Shown here one piece after another: positions 50,205 through 62,807 of a DNA stretch of 64,000 bases (within the stretch, counting starts at the first letter, position 1; each line of letters opens with the position of its first letter). The notes below the pieces were generated by a model. That model ran no database searches. It was not told where the DNA came from and worked only from the letters and a program-made list of their open reading frames with translations. Both the position numbers and the translations under genes were made by a program. The stretch is from Alphaproteobacteria bacterium (GTDB taxonomy: Bacteria > Pseudomonadota > Alphaproteobacteria > UBA828): positions 2,560,001 through 2,624,000 of the forward strand of contig CBDEFM010000002.1 of assembly GCA_965237415.1 (NCBI GenBank), given 5' to 3'.

Positions 50205-51803
50205 CTAGCGGACCCGGGGCAGTTCCTCGTGGGTGTGGAACGGTGCCGGCGACGGCACCGTCCATTCGAGGGTACGCGCGCCCTCGCCCCAGGGGTTGGC
50301 GGCGCACTTCTTACCCCAGAAGAGCGTGTAGATGAGGATGTAGATGAACAGGATCAGCCCGGCGGCCGAGATGTAGGAGCCGATCGACGAGATCAGGTTC
50401 CAGCCGGCGTAGGCGTCCGGATAGTCGGGGATGCGGCGCGGCATGCCCGAGACGCCGGAGAAGTGCATCGGGAAGAACGTGAGGTTCACGCCGACGAAGG
50501 TGATCCAGAAGTGAATCTTACCCAGCGTCTCCGGATACTGGCGGCCGGACATCTTGCCGATCCAGTAGTAGAACGCGCCGAAGGCCATGAACACGGCACC
50601 GAGCGAGAGCACGTAGTGGAAGTGCCCGACCACGTAGTAGGTGTCGTGCAGCGCGTTATCGAGGCCCGCATTGGCGAGCACGACGCCGGTCACGCCGCCG
50701 ACGGTGAACAGGAAGATGAAGCCGAAGGCCCACAGCATGGGCGTCTTGAAGTCGATCGAGCCGCCCCACATGGTGGCGATCCAGCTGAAGATCTTGATGC
50801 CTGTCGGCACCGCGATGACCATCGTCGCACCGATGAAGTAGGCCCGCGTATCGACATCCATGCCCACCGTGAACATGTGGTGCGCCCACACGACGAAGCC
50901 GATGAAGCCGATGGCGACCATCGCATAGGCCATCCCGAGATAGCCGAACACCGGCTTGTTGGAGAACGTGGAGACGATGTGGCTCACGATCCCGAAGGCC
51001 GGCAGGATGAGGATGTAGACCTCCGGATGCCCGAAGAACCAGAAGAGATGCTGGTAGAGTATCGGGTCGCCACCGCCGGCAGCGTCGAAGAATGCGGTGC
51101 CGAAGTTGCGGTCCGTCAGCAGCATCGTGATGGCGCCCGCCAGCACCGGCAGCGAGAGCAGCAGCAGGAACGCGGTCACCAGCACCGACCAGACGAAGAG
51201 CGGCAGTTTGTGCATCGTCATGCCCGGTGCACGCATGTTGAGGATGGTGGTAATGAAATTAATGGCGCCGAGGATCGACGACGCACCCGCGAGATGCAGC
51301 GCGAAAATGCCGAGATCCATGGCCGGGCCCACGTGGCCCGAGGTCGATAACGGCGCATAGACCGTCCAGCCCGCGCCGACCCCCGGCCCGGGCCCCCCGT
51401 CCACGAACATCGACGTCACCAGAAGCGCGGCCGAGGGCACGAGCAGCCAGAAGCTGATGTTGTTCATGCGCGGGAACGCCATGTCGGGCGCCCCGATCAT
51501 CAACGGCACGAACCAGTTGCCGAAGCCGCCGATGAAGGCCGGCATGATCATGAAGAACACCATGATCAGCCCGTGGCCCGTCACGAAGACGTTGAAGGTG
51601 TGCGAATCGGCGAAGATCTGCATGCCCGGCTCGGCCAGCTCCATCCGCATGAAGATGGAAAGCACCGCACCCACGATGCCGAACACCAGCGCGAAGGCGA
51701 TGTACATCGTGCCGATGTCTTTGTGGTTGGTGGAGTAGAGCCACCGCGTGATGCCCCGCGGCATGTGGTCGTGCGCTACGTGGGCGTGGGCGTGGTCCGC
51801 CAT
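50205..51803 (-). CDS. ctaD: Cytochrome c oxidase subunit I
   Basis: [23 protein letters not shown]. Confidence 0.98.
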   Translation of the reverse strand: MADHAHAHVAHDHMPRGITRWLYSTNHKDIGTMYIAFALVFGIVGAVLSIFMRMELAEPGMQIFADSHTFNVFVTGHGLIMVFFMIMPAFIGGFGNWFVPLMIGAPDMAFPRMNNISFWLLVPSAALLVTSMFVDGGPGPGVGAGWTVYAPLSTSGHVGPAMDLGIFALHLAGASSILGAINFITTILNMRAPGMTMHKLPLFVWSVLVTAFLLLLSLPVLAGAITMLLTDRNFGTAFFDAAGGGDPILYQHLFWFFGHPEVYILILPAFGIVSHIVSTFSNKPVFGYLGMAYAMVAIGFIGFVVWAHHMFTVGMDVDTRAYFIGATMVIAVPTGIKIFSWIATMWGGSIDFKTPMLWAFGFIFLFTVGGVTGVVLANAGLDNALHDTYYVVGHFHYVLSLGAVFMAFGAFYYWIGKMSGRQYPETLGKIHFWITFVGVNLTFFPMHFSGVSGMPRRIPDYPDAYAGWNLISSIGSYISAAGLILFIYILIYTLFWGKKCAANPWGEGARTLEWTVPSPAPFHTHEELPRVR

Positions 51804-51818
51804 GGCCTCTCTCCTTCC

Positions 51819-52670
51819 TCAGCGCGCCGCAGGCGCGCCCACGACGAGCGATGCAACCTCGGTCGGGGTATCGTCCGCCGACGCGTATTCTTCTTGCGCC
51901 ATTTCCACCCAGGCGTCGAAGCCCTCTTGCGACACCGCTTCGATCATGATTGGCATGAAGCCGTGCAACGTGCCGCAGAGCTCCGAGCACTGCCCGTAAT
52001 AGATGCCCTCGCGGTTGATCTGGAACCAGGTCTCGTTGACCCGGCCGGGCACGGAATCCATCTTGACGCCGAGCGCCGGGACGGCCCAGGAGTGGATCAC
52101 GTCGTCGGCCGTCGTCAGCAGCCTGATCTTGGCGCCCACGGGCAGCACCACCGCCGTGTCTGTCGCCAGCAGGCGGGGCTGCCCCTCCTCCAGCTCGTCG
52201 TCCTCCAGTATCAGGGCGTCGAAGGTGAAGTCGCCGTGGTCCGGATATTCGTAGGACCAGTACCACTGGTGGCCGATCGCCTTGAGCGTCATGTCGGCCT
52301 CCTCGACGCGATCGGTGTAGTAGAGGAGCCGGAACGAGGGCACCACGATGACGAGCAGGATGATCACCGGCACGACGGTCCACACCACTTCAAGCAGGGT
52401 GTTGTGGGTCGTCTTCGACGGCGTCGGGTTCCGCTTCTTGTTGTAGCGGATCACGATCCACGCCATCAGGCCGAACACGAAGGCCGTGATGATCACGATG
52501 ATGATCGTAACCATGAGGTTGAAGTCGACGATGCGCTCCATCGAGGGGGAGAGAGCGGTCTGAAAATCGACTTCCCAGTCGCTCGGCGCCTGTGCTGCTG
52601 CCGATCCAGCAGCGCCAAGTGCGCCGGCGAGACCGGCGACCAATGCGCCCAGTTTCGCGAGATGCCTCAC
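51819..52670 (-). CDS. coxB: Cytochrome c oxidase subunit II
   Basis: DVIHSW, GQCSELCGTLHGFM CuA motif; GTG start after GAGGAG. Confidence 0.96.
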   Translation of the reverse strand: MRHLAKLGALVAGLAGALGAAGSAAAQAPSDWEVDFQTALSPSMERIVDFNLMVTIIIVIITAFVFGLMAWIVIRYNKKRNPTPSKTTHNTLLEVVWTVVPVIILLVIVVPSFRLLYYTDRVEEADMTLKAIGHQWYWSYEYPDHGDFTFDALILEDDELEEGQPRLLATDTAVVLPVGAKIRLLTTADDVIHSWAVPALGVKMDSVPGRVNETWFQINREGIYYGQCSELCGTLHGFMPIMIEAVSQEGFDAWVEMAQEEYASADDTPTEVASLVVGAPAAR

Positions 52671-52981
52671 TACACTCCTCCACTCGCTCGACAGAAAACG
52701 CCCGATCGCCGCCGTCGCCGTCGCCACGCCTGCGAATCGCAGGTCTGAACCTCAGGCGGCCCGGTCACTCCGCACGCGGACGCACGGCGCGGCCATCGGC
52801 GCGCCGCCCGCTGCACACGAGACGCGAGGGTCCTACCATGCACCCCGCCGTTTTTGAAGCCCCTCATTGACGGAGTGCCACGCAGTCGCCAATTCTTTGG
52901 TCTTGGCATGGCGCGCGTCCACGCGTCGGCTGCCTGCACGCCCCGCATACGGTGGCGCGCGACGAACGAAGGACCAGCCCG

Positions 52982-54415
52982 ATGAGCCGCGAAACAGTCA
53001 CCGACGAGATCTTCTTCAATCGCGCAGGCCTCGACCGGCCGCGCACGGAGGGGATCGTTGCGGACGCCCTCCACGGCGCCGACGACGGCGAGCTTTTCCT
53101 GGAATACCGCCAGAGCGAGAGCTTCTCCTTCGACGACGGGCGCCTCAAGAACGCGAGCTTCGATACACGCCAGGGGTTTGGGCTGCGCGCGGTCTCCGGC
53201 GAAACCACGGCGTATGCCCATGCCGGCGAACTCGGTGAGGAGGCACTGAAGCGCGCGTCGGCCACCGTCCGCGCGGTGCGCAGTGGCCATGGCGGGGCCA
53301 TGGCGGATGCGCCGTCGCGAACCAACCGCTCGCTCTACGTCGAGGGCAACCCGCTAGACGGCACGCCCTTCGACGACAAGGTCGCGCTTCTGGCCGAGAT
53401 CGATGCCTATGCCAGGGCGAAGGAGCCCAGAGTACGCCAGGTGATGGCCTCGCTTCTCGGCGAATGGCAGGTGGTGGAAATCATCCGCGCCGACGGCAGC
53501 CGCGCTTCGGACGTGCGCCCGCTCGTGCGCCTCAACGTCGCCGTCATGGTGGGCGAGGGGGAACGTCAGGAGACCGGCTCCCAGGGTGTCGGCGGGCGCG
53601 CCGCCTACGACGCCTTCCTCACGCCCGAGCGCTGGCAGGCGCAGGTGGACGAGGCGCTCCGCCAGGCGCTGGTCAATCTCGACTCGGTTGCGACGCCCGC
53701 CGGCGAGATGCCGGTCGTGCTCGGCCCCGGCTGGCCCGGCATCCTGCTTCACGAGGCGATTGGCCACGGCCTCGAAGGCGACTTCAACCGCAAGAAAACC
53801 AGCGCTTTTTCCGGCCTTCTCGGCAAGAGGGTCGCCTCACCGGGGGTGACGGTGGTGGACGATGGCACCATCGACGACCGCCGCGGCTCGCTCACGGTCG
53901 ATGACGAGGGCACGCCCACCGGCCGCACCGTGCTGATCGAGGACGGCATCCTGCGCGGCTACCTGCAGGACCGCATGAACGCGCGCCTGATGGGCATGGA
54001 GCCGACTGGCAACGGCCGGCGCGAGAGCTATGCCCACGCGCCCATGCCGCGCATGACCAACACCTTCATGCTCGACGGCGCCGACGAGCCCGAAGAGATC
54101 ATCGGCCGGGTGAAGAAAGGCATCTACGCCAAGAACTTCAGTGGCGGCCAGGTGGACATCACGTCGGGCAAGTTCGTGTTTTCGGCGGCCGAGGCCTACC
54201 TGATCGAGGACGGCAAGACGACGGCGCCGCTCAAGGGCGCAAGCCTGATCGGCAACGGCCCCGATGTGCTCACCCGGGTCGCGGCCATCGGCAACGACTT
54301 CGCGCTGGATACCGGGATTGGCACCTGCGGCAAGAATGGCCAGGGCGTGCCGGTCGGCGTCGGCCTGCCGACCCTGCTCATCGACCCGATCACCGTGGGC
54401 GGCACCGACGCCTGA
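52982..54415 (+). CDS. tldD: Metalloprotease TldD
   Basis: HEAIGHGLEGD, PRMTNT, GTCGKNGQGVPVG; divergent from coxB. Confidence 0.96.
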   Translation: MSRETVTDEIFFNRAGLDRPRTEGIVADALHGADDGELFLEYRQSESFSFDDGRLKNASFDTRQGFGLRAVSGETTAYAHAGELGEEALKRASATVRAVRSGHGGAMADAPSRTNRSLYVEGNPLDGTPFDDKVALLAEIDAYARAKEPRVRQVMASLLGEWQVVEIIRADGSRASDVRPLVRLNVAVMVGEGERQETGSQGVGGRAAYDAFLTPERWQAQVDEALRQALVNLDSVATPAGEMPVVLGPGWPGILLHEAIGHGLEGDFNRKKTSAFSGLLGKRVASPGVTVVDDGTIDDRRGSLTVDDEGTPTGRTVLIEDGILRGYLQDRMNARLMGMEPTGNGRRESYAHAPMPRMTNTFMLDGADEPEEIIGRVKKGIYAKNFSGGQVDITSGKFVFSAAEAYLIEDGKTTAPLKGASLIGNGPDVLTRVAAIGNDFALDTGIGTCGKNGQGVPVGVGLPTLLIDPITVGGTDA

Positions 54416-54455
54416 GCGCCGCGCAGATCATAACCCCGGCGAGAAGTTCTGGTTA
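54415..54455 (-). repeat. Solo TIR-family end filling the tldD-dnaJ gap
   Basis: 33/41 match to the reverse complement of 40716-40756. Confidence 0.7.
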
Positions 54456-55592
54456 GTCCTTCAGATCCTCCCAGAGCTCCTTCACCTTGGAGAAGAAGCC
54501 CTCCGCCTCGGGGCTCGTGGGGCGGGAGCCGCCCTGCTCGTCGAACTGCTTGAGCAGCTCCTTCTGGCGCTTGGTGAGGTTGACCGGCGTTTCGACCGCG
54601 ACCTCGATATACATGTCGCCGTGACCGGCGCCCCGCAGTGCCGGCATGCCCTTGCCGCGCAGGCGAAACTGATGCCCTGACCGGGTACCCGCCGGCACCG
54701 TGACCCGCGCGCGGCTGCCGCCGACGGTTGGTACCTCCACCGTGCCGCCGAGTGTCGCGGTCGTCATCGGGATCGGCACGCGGCAGTGAATGTGCATCGC
54801 GTCGCGCTGGAAGATGCGGTGTGGCGTGACCGAGAGGAAGATGTAGAGATCGCCCGGCGGAGCCCCGCGAGCGCCGGCCTCGCCCTCGCCGGCGAGGCGG
54901 ATGCGGGTGCCGTCCTCGACGCCGGTGGGGATGTTCACCGCGAGCGATTTCTCCTTCTGCACGCGGCCCGCGCCGCGGCAGTCGGGGCAGGGATCGGCGA
55001 TGACCTGGCCCGCACCCTGGCAGGTGGGGCAGGTCCGCTCGATGGTGAAGAACCCCTGCTGCGCCCTCACCTTGCCGGCGCCGCCGCAGGTCCCGCACGC
55101 CGACGGCCGCGTGCCGGCACGGGCGCCGGAGCCATTGCAGGGCTCGCAGTTCACGGTGCCGGGGACGCGGATCGTTGCCTGCTTGCCGCTGTAGGCTTCC
55201 TCCAGCGAAATTTCCATGTTGTAGCGGAGATCCGCACCGCGCGCGGGCTGCCGCCGGCCACCCCGCCGCTGACCGCCGCCCATGAACTCGCCGAACAGAT
55301 CGTCGAACACGTCGGCGAAGCTGGTGCCGAAGTCGAAACCGCTCCCGCCGGGGCCGCCGCTCGCGCCGTCGAACGCGGCGTGGCCGAAGCGGTCGTAGGC
55401 CGCCCGCTTCTCCTTGTCGGAGAGCACGTGGTACGCCTCTGATATCTCCTTGAACTTATACTCGGCGGCCTTATCGTCCGGATTGCGGTCCGGATGGTAT
55501 TTCATCGCGAGCTTGCGATAGGCCTTTTTGAGGTCGTCCTCGCTGGCTTCGCGCGAGGCGCCGAGAAGATCGTAATAGTCGGCCCTGGCCAT
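54453..55592 (-). CDS. dnaJ: Chaperone DnaJ
   Basis: HPD J-domain, four CxxCxGxG repeats. Confidence 0.98.
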   Translation of the reverse strand: MARADYYDLLGASREASEDDLKKAYRKLAMKYHPDRNPDDKAAEYKFKEISEAYHVLSDKEKRAAYDRFGHAAFDGASGGPGGSGFDFGTSFADVFDDLFGEFMGGGQRRGGRRQPARGADLRYNMEISLEEAYSGKQATIRVPGTVNCEPCNGSGARAGTRPSACGTCGGAGKVRAQQGFFTIERTCPTCQGAGQVIADPCPDCRGAGRVQKEKSLAVNIPTGVEDGTRIRLAGEGEAGARGAPPGDLYIFLSVTPHRIFQRDAMHIHCRVPIPMTTATLGGTVEVPTVGGSRARVTVPAGTRSGHQFRLRGKGMPALRGAGHGDMYIEVAVETPVNLTKRQKELLKQFDEQGGSRPTSPEAEGFFSKVKELWEDLKD

Positions 55593-55675
55593 GGGTCAGC
55601 GGCCCGCTCGAACATTGCCCATAGCCGACCGGCCGCCGACAGCCTCCGCACCCATGGGAGCCGTCCGCCCCGGGC

Positions 55676-57607
<1,932 letters not shown>

Positions 57608-57721
57608 GTCTCGTCCCTATCGTCAGCAGGCCCGAACGACCACGTCATGCATCGCTTCGGGCCCCATGTCTCGTGCCCCCGTCGGATTCCTCGCGACGGG
57701 CAATGGCCGGACCAATGCTCA

Positions 57722-57749
57722 ATATGGGTGCAGATTCGCGCGCTGCAAG
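57722..57749 (-). promoter_or_regulatory. Putative RpoH (sigma32) promoter of dnaK
   Basis: CTTGCA-N15-CCCATAT upstream of dnaK on minus strand. Confidence 0.6.
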
Positions 57750-57774
57750 TGCCAAGTGCAGCATTCGCGCGGGC

Positions 57775-58500
57775 TCACGAGGCGTTATCCGCAGGCGTAT
57801 CGGCGCCCGCCGACCCGGTTTCAGACTCGGCCTCGGCATCGCCGCCGTCTGCCGGCGCGGTGCCGCCCTTGGCCACGCCCACCATCGCCTCGCGCAGAAG
57901 CCGCTCGCCGATCCTGTAGCCAGTCTGCAGCACCTGAACGATGGTGCCGTCCGGCTGGTCCGTCTCCGCCGTCTCGAACAGCGCCTGGTGCAGGTTATAG
58001 TCGAACTTCTCGCCCAGCGGGTCGATCTTGGTGATACCGAAGCGCCCCAGGACCGCCTCGAACTCCCTCGCCGTCATCTCGATGCCGTCTGCGATCACCT
58101 TCACCGCGTCATCGCTTTCGCGCCGCTCTGCGGGAATGCTCTCCAGCGCGCGGCCCAGATTGTCGGCGACGCCCAGCAGGTCCTGGGCAAAGCGCGAGAT
58201 CGCGTAGGTCCGCGCCTCCTCGACGTCCTTTCTGGCCCTGCGCCGCGCGTTTTCGGCATCGGCAAGGGCGCGCAGGAGCTGATCTTTGAGCGCCGCCTCT
58301 CCGCCTTCCGCCTCGTCCTCATCGGCGTCGGCGGCCGCGTCAGCGTCTTGCCCCTCTGCGTCGTCCGTCTCTGGCGCGCAGGCGCTGTCCTTGTCAGCGT
58401 CGTCTGTCCCGGTCGATTGGCTGGCCGCGCCCGCGTCGCCCTGCTCCGCGGGCACGTTGGCTTCCGTCTCCGGCTCGGCCCGTTCCGTCTCGTCCTGCAT
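57775..58500 (-). CDS. grpE: Nucleotide exchange factor GrpE
   Basis: LLRALADAENARRR, FDYNLHQA, GYRIGERLLR. Confidence 0.95.
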   Translation of the reverse strand: MQDETERAEPETEANVPAEQGDAGAASQSTGTDDADKDSACAPETDDAEGQDADAAADADEDEAEGGEAALKDQLLRALADAENARRRARKDVEEARTYAISRFAQDLLGVADNLGRALESIPAERRESDDAVKVIADGIEMTAREFEAVLGRFGITKIDPLGEKFDYNLHQALFETAETDQPDGTIVQVLQTGYRIGERLLREAMVGVAKGGTAPADGGDAEAESETGSAGADTPADNAS

Positions 58501-58562
58501 TGTCTCCTTCGTCCCTTCTGGCGCTCCCCAGCCCTGGCGCCCCGAGCGCGACATGGCCTCGC

Positions 58563-59600
58563 TCAACCCAGCACCCGGCCGATGATCGCAGCGGTGTGAT
58601 CGACCATCGGGATAATGCGGCCGTAGTTGATCCGGGTCGGGCCGATCACGCCGATTGCCCCGATAAAGCGTGCGTCGGAATCGCGGTAAGGCGCGACGAT
58701 CATCGAGCAGCCGGCGGAGGCAAAGAGGCTGCTTTCCGCACCGATGAAGATCTGGACCCCTTCCGCACCTTCGGTGCTCTCCAAAAGCCGGATGAAGTCG
58801 CTCCGCTCGTCGAGGGCATCGAACAGCTCCCTGATCCGTTCGAGGTCTGCCATCGCAGTGACATCGTCGATCAGGTTGGCCCGGCCGCGCACGATGAGGC
58901 TGCCGTGCTCGCGCTGCCCGTTCGCCCATTCGGCGATCCCGGCTTCGACGACGCGGGCTGTCAGGCTGTCGAGCTGGGCCCGGTGCTCCTCGATCTCCGT
59001 GCGGATCTCCTCGCTGAGCTCGGCGAGCGTGCGGCCGGCAAGCCGCGCGTTCAGGTAATTCGTTGCACGGCTCAAGTGCGACTGGTTCATGCCGGGCGGC
59101 ACGTCGATGACACGGTTTTCGACGAGCCCGGTCTCCGTCACCATGACCGCGAGCGCGCGGCCGCTGCTGAGGCTCACGAACTCCACCTGGCGGCAGGGCA
59201 CGTCGGCCTTGGGCGCGAGCACCAGCCCGGCGCAGCCCGAGAGGCCCGAGAGCGCCTCGGTGGTCTCGGTCAGCATCTCCTCGACCGTGCGGCCCGCCGC
59301 CCGGCACTTCCCCTCGATGCTGGCGCGCTCGTCCTCGGTAAGACGGCCCAACTCGAGCAGCCCATCCACATAGATCCGCAAGCCCATCTGGGTCGGCAGC
59401 CGACCCGCGGAGACGTGCGGCGCATAGAGCAGGCCGGCTTCTTCCAGGTCGGCCATGACGTTCCGCACCGTGGCTGGCGACACCGGGGTGGAGAGCCGGC
59501 GCGAGAGCGTGCGCGAGCCCACCGGCTGCCCGGTCTCCATGAATTCCTCGACCAGGCGGCGGAGCACCTCCCGCGAGCGATCCGTCAGTTCGCGCAGCAC
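58563..59600 (-). CDS. hrcA: Heat-inducible repressor HrcA
   Basis: PVGSRTL, SPATVRNVMADLE, PHVSAGRLPT, GVIGPTRINY; start inferred. Confidence 0.95.
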   Translation of the reverse strand: MLRELTDRSREVLRRLVEEFMETGQPVGSRTLSRRLSTPVSPATVRNVMADLEEAGLLYAPHVSAGRLPTQMGLRIYVDGLLELGRLTEDERASIEGKCRAAGRTVEEMLTETTEALSGLSGCAGLVLAPKADVPCRQVEFVSLSSGRALAVMVTETGLVENRVIDVPPGMNQSHLSRATNYLNARLAGRTLAELSEEIRTEIEEHRAQLDSLTARVVEAGIAEWANGQREHGSLIVRGRANLIDDVTAMADLERIRELFDALDERSDFIRLLESTEGAEGVQIFIGAESSLFASAGCSMIVAPYRDSDARFIGAIGVIGPTRINYGRIIPMVDHTAAIIGRVLG

Positions 59601-59762
59601 CGTGCGATCCCGTTCTGTGATGGGCGGCCTGAATGTAGTGAGCGCCCCGGTGAGCGTCAACGCCGGCACCTGCACTGAATTTCGCGGCTGCGGGCGTCGA
59701 TAGGGACCAGATGCATAACAGCAAAGGCATGGCGGAATGGACGCTCGGCATTGGGCGCGGCA

Positions 59763-59791
59763 TTGTATTGGGCGGCCGAACGCTCTATGTT
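59763..59791 (+). promoter_or_regulatory. Putative sigma70 promoter of rne
   Basis: TTGTAT-N17-TATGTT about 320 nt upstream of rne. Confidence 0.5.
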
Positions 59792-60110
59792 AGCGGTGCG
59801 AAACTGCTAATGGACGGGCCGCGCCGAATCGCTCGCATAGCGAATGCGAGGACGGCGGTCCCCGGCACAAACGCCGGGTGGCAGCGGATGCGTCCAGTGA
59901 TTCCGCACCTCGAAACCATGGAACGAGTCCGATGCGGCAGCCGCCTACCATCGAACCGACCGGCCCCGCCGTGAAGCGGTCCGTCGCAAGACGAGACCGG
60001 CACGCGCTGGCCGGCGGACCCTGTTCGGCGCGGCGCCGCATCGCGTTCCCGCGGATGCGCTCAGCGGGGGCAGAGACCCCCGCGCGCTCCCGGACGGAGA
60101 AAATACAAGA

Positions 60111-62756
60111 ATGGCCAAACGTATGCTCATCGATGCCAGCCACGCGGAAGAAACCCGCGTGGTCGTGGCGGACGGAACGCGACTAGAAGAGTTCGACTTC
60201 GAATCGGCTGCACGGAAGCAGCTCAAGGGAAATGTCTACCTAGCCAAGGTCATGCGCGTGGAGCCCTCGCTCCAGGCGGCATTCGTCGACTATGGCGGCA
60301 ATCGCCACGGCTTCCTGCCCTTCAACGAAATCCACCCCGACTACTACCAAATCCCGGTTGAAGACCGGGAGGCGCTTTACGCCGAGACGGCGGAAGCGGT
60401 CGACGACACCGACGAGACCGCCGCCGCTCAGCCGGCGGCCGCGGAGGACGACGAGACTGAAAGCGAGGCTGCGGCCGAAGACGAATCTCAGCCAGAGCCG
60501 ACGGACGCCATCGAGACTGCGGACGCGGCGGCCGAGGAAAACAGTGCGCCGGGGGACGTGGCGGCGGCCGCCGGCAACGACGGCAGCACCGGCGACGGAG
60601 CCACCGGGGGCAACCGCACCGGCAATGGCGACGGCAGCGATGTCGAGGTCATGGGCGGCGATGACATGGACGACCTGGAGCGCCGCCGGCTCCAGGCCAG
60701 CCGCTCCCTGCTGAGCCGCCGTTATCACATCCAGGAGGTGATCAAGAAGCGCCAGATCCTGTTGGTGCAGGTGGTCAAGGAGGAACGCGGCAACAAGGGC
60801 GCCGCGCTCACCACCTACCTCTCGCTCGCCGGGCGCTACATCGTGCTCATGCCCAATGCGATCCGGGGCGGAGGCATCTCGCGCAAGATCGTCAACGCCG
60901 ACGACCGCCGGCGCCTCAAGAAGATCATGAACGACCTCGATATCCCGGCGCGCATGGCGGTCATCGTGCGGACCGCCGGCCTTTCGCGCTCGAAGACCGA
61001 GATCAAGCGCGATCTGGAATACCTGCTGCGCCGCTGGCAGAACATCCGCGATCTCACGATGGAATCGACGGCACCCTGCGTGATCAACGAGGAGGCAAAC
61101 CTGATCCGCCGTTCGATCCGCGACCTCTACACGCGCGATATCGAGCAGATCCTGATCGAGGGAGACGAGGGCTACAAGACCGCCAAGACGTTCATGAAGA
61201 CCATGATCCCGAGCCACGCCGCGCGGGTAAAACCCTATCGGGACCGGATTCCGCTCTTCGTCCGCTATCAGATCGAGAGCCAGCTCGATGCCATGTACGG
61301 ACCGGAGCTCCAGCTCAAATCAGGCGGATACCTGGTCATCGACCCGACCGAGGCGCTGGTGGCCATCGACGTGAATTCGGGGCGGGCCACCAAGGAGCGC
61401 ACGATCGAGGAGACCGCGCTCAGGACCAATCTGGAAGCGGCGGAGGAGATCGCGCGCCAGCTCCGGCTGCGCGACCTCGCCGGGCTGATCGTCATCGACT
61501 TCATCGACATGGACGAGAACCGCAACCAGCGGGCGGTGGAACGCAAGCTCAAGGAGGCGATGCGGATTGACCGCGCGCGCATCCGCATGGGCCGGATCAG
61601 CCCCTTCGGGTTGATGGAACTCTCGCGCCAGCGGCTGCGCCCGAGCCTGGTGGAAGCGAGCATGGAACGCTGCGTGAGTTGCGGCGGCACAGGGGTCCGG
61701 CGCTCGGTGGAATCGTCTGCGGTCCATGCGCTCCGAGCCATCGAGGAAGAAGGGCTGCAAGGGCGGAGCGCCGAGATCCAGCTGCGTGTGCCGGCTGCCG
61801 TCGGCCTCTACATCCTCAACCGCAAGCGCCAGATGCTGGAGGAGATCGAGCAGCGCTACGATTTTGCCGTCAGCTTCGAGCAGGACGACAGTCTCGTGCC
61901 GCCGAGCTATGCAATCGAGCGGATCACGGCCCGGACAGCACCCATTGAACAGCCTGCCGAGGAGGAGACGAGCGAGGCGGACCAGCCCGACGGCGAGGCC
62001 AAGGCGGAAACTGCGGAGCCCGCCAAGCGGCGCCGGCGCCGGCGGCGCAAGCCACGTGGCGAGGCCACGGAGGGAACCGCCGCCGAGGCCGTAGCCACCG
62101 CAGCCACTGCAGAACCCGCTGAGTCGGCTCAAGCCGAAGGCGAGGCAGACGACAAGACGGAGGACACGGCCGTCGCAGCGGAAGGCAAGGCCGAGGATGC
62201 CCCCCGTGCCAAGCGCAGGCGTCGCGGCCGGCGAGGCGGGCGCAGCCGCACGGCGAAGCAGCAGGAGCAGCAGGACGCGCCAAGCGAAACCCCAAGCGAG
62301 GCCGCAGCCGAAGAGGCTGAAGCGCCGGCCCTCGCGGCAGAGGGAGACGCTGCGCCCGCGACGGCACCCGACAGCGAGCCGGTGGCGACGCCTCCAGGCC
62401 TCGCCACCGATGGCGCGACCGACCCGACGGATGGTGCGACCGGCGTCGCCGCAGACGAAGCGGAGTCGCCGCCCGCCCCGAAGCCTTCGCCCGAGCCGCC
62501 GGTTACGACTGAGCTACCGGCCGTCGAGGCCGCGCAGGCGAGCGTCGACGCTGCAGAGGCACCGAGCCAGGCCGGACCGGTAATAGCTGATCAACACGAG
62601 GCCTCCCCGGTCGACGACGGCGAAGATCAGGCCGACGCCGCCCCAATCGACGGGGACGAAGAAGCGCTTGCCGACGAGACAGCGCCGGCGCTCTTGCCGG
62701 ACGACCGGCCCCGGCGCCGCGGCTGGTGGCAGCGGATCGCTTCATCGTCGCGATAG
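60111..62756 (+). CDS. rne: Ribonuclease E
   Basis: EPSLQAAFVDYG, DVNSG, IDFIDM, CVSC Zn link, disordered Arg/acidic C-terminal domain ending RRGWWQR. Confidence 0.97.
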   Translation: MAKRMLIDASHAEETRVVVADGTRLEEFDFESAARKQLKGNVYLAKVMRVEPSLQAAFVDYGGNRHGFLPFNEIHPDYYQIPVEDREALYAETAEAVDDTDETAAAQPAAAEDDETESEAAAEDESQPEPTDAIETADAAAEENSAPGDVAAAAGNDGSTGDGATGGNRTGNGDGSDVEVMGGDDMDDLERRRLQASRSLLSRRYHIQEVIKKRQILLVQVVKEERGNKGAALTTYLSLAGRYIVLMPNAIRGGGISRKIVNADDRRRLKKIMNDLDIPARMAVIVRTAGLSRSKTEIKRDLEYLLRRWQNIRDLTMESTAPCVINEEANLIRRSIRDLYTRDIEQILIEGDEGYKTAKTFMKTMIPSHAARVKPYRDRIPLFVRYQIESQLDAMYGPELQLKSGGYLVIDPTEALVAIDVNSGRATKERTIEETALRTNLEAAEEIARQLRLRDLAGLIVIDFIDMDENRNQRAVERKLKEAMRIDRARIRMGRISPFGLMELSRQRLRPSLVEASMERCVSCGGTGVRRSVESSAVHALRAIEEEGLQGRSAEIQLRVPAAVGLYILNRKRQMLEEIEQRYDFAVSFEQDDSLVPPSYAIERITARTAPIEQPAEEETSEADQPDGEAKAETAEPAKRRRRRRRKPRGEATEGTAAEAVATAATAEPAESAQAEGEADDKTEDTAVAAEGKAEDAPRAKRRRRGRRGGRSRTAKQQEQQDAPSETPSEAAAEEAEAPALAAEGDAAPATAPDSEPVATPPGLATDGATDPTDGATGVAADEAESPPAPKPSPEPPVTTELPAVEAAQASVDAAEAPSQAGPVIADQHEASPVDDGEDQADAAPIDGDEEALADETAPALLPDDRPRRRGWWQRIASSSR

Positions 62757-62807
62757 CTGGCGCGGAAATTCCGCCCGGCCGCCGCCGAGCGGCTCGGGCG
62801 GCTCGGC

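Noticed and set aside
57729-57755. CIRCE element upstream of dnaK
   Set aside because: Left arm TTGGCACTT resembles CIRCE but the right arm GAATCTGCA does not; an RpoH promoter explains the site
60380-60680. Acidic insertion in the RNase E S1 region
   Set aside because: Typical of alphaproteobacterial RNase E
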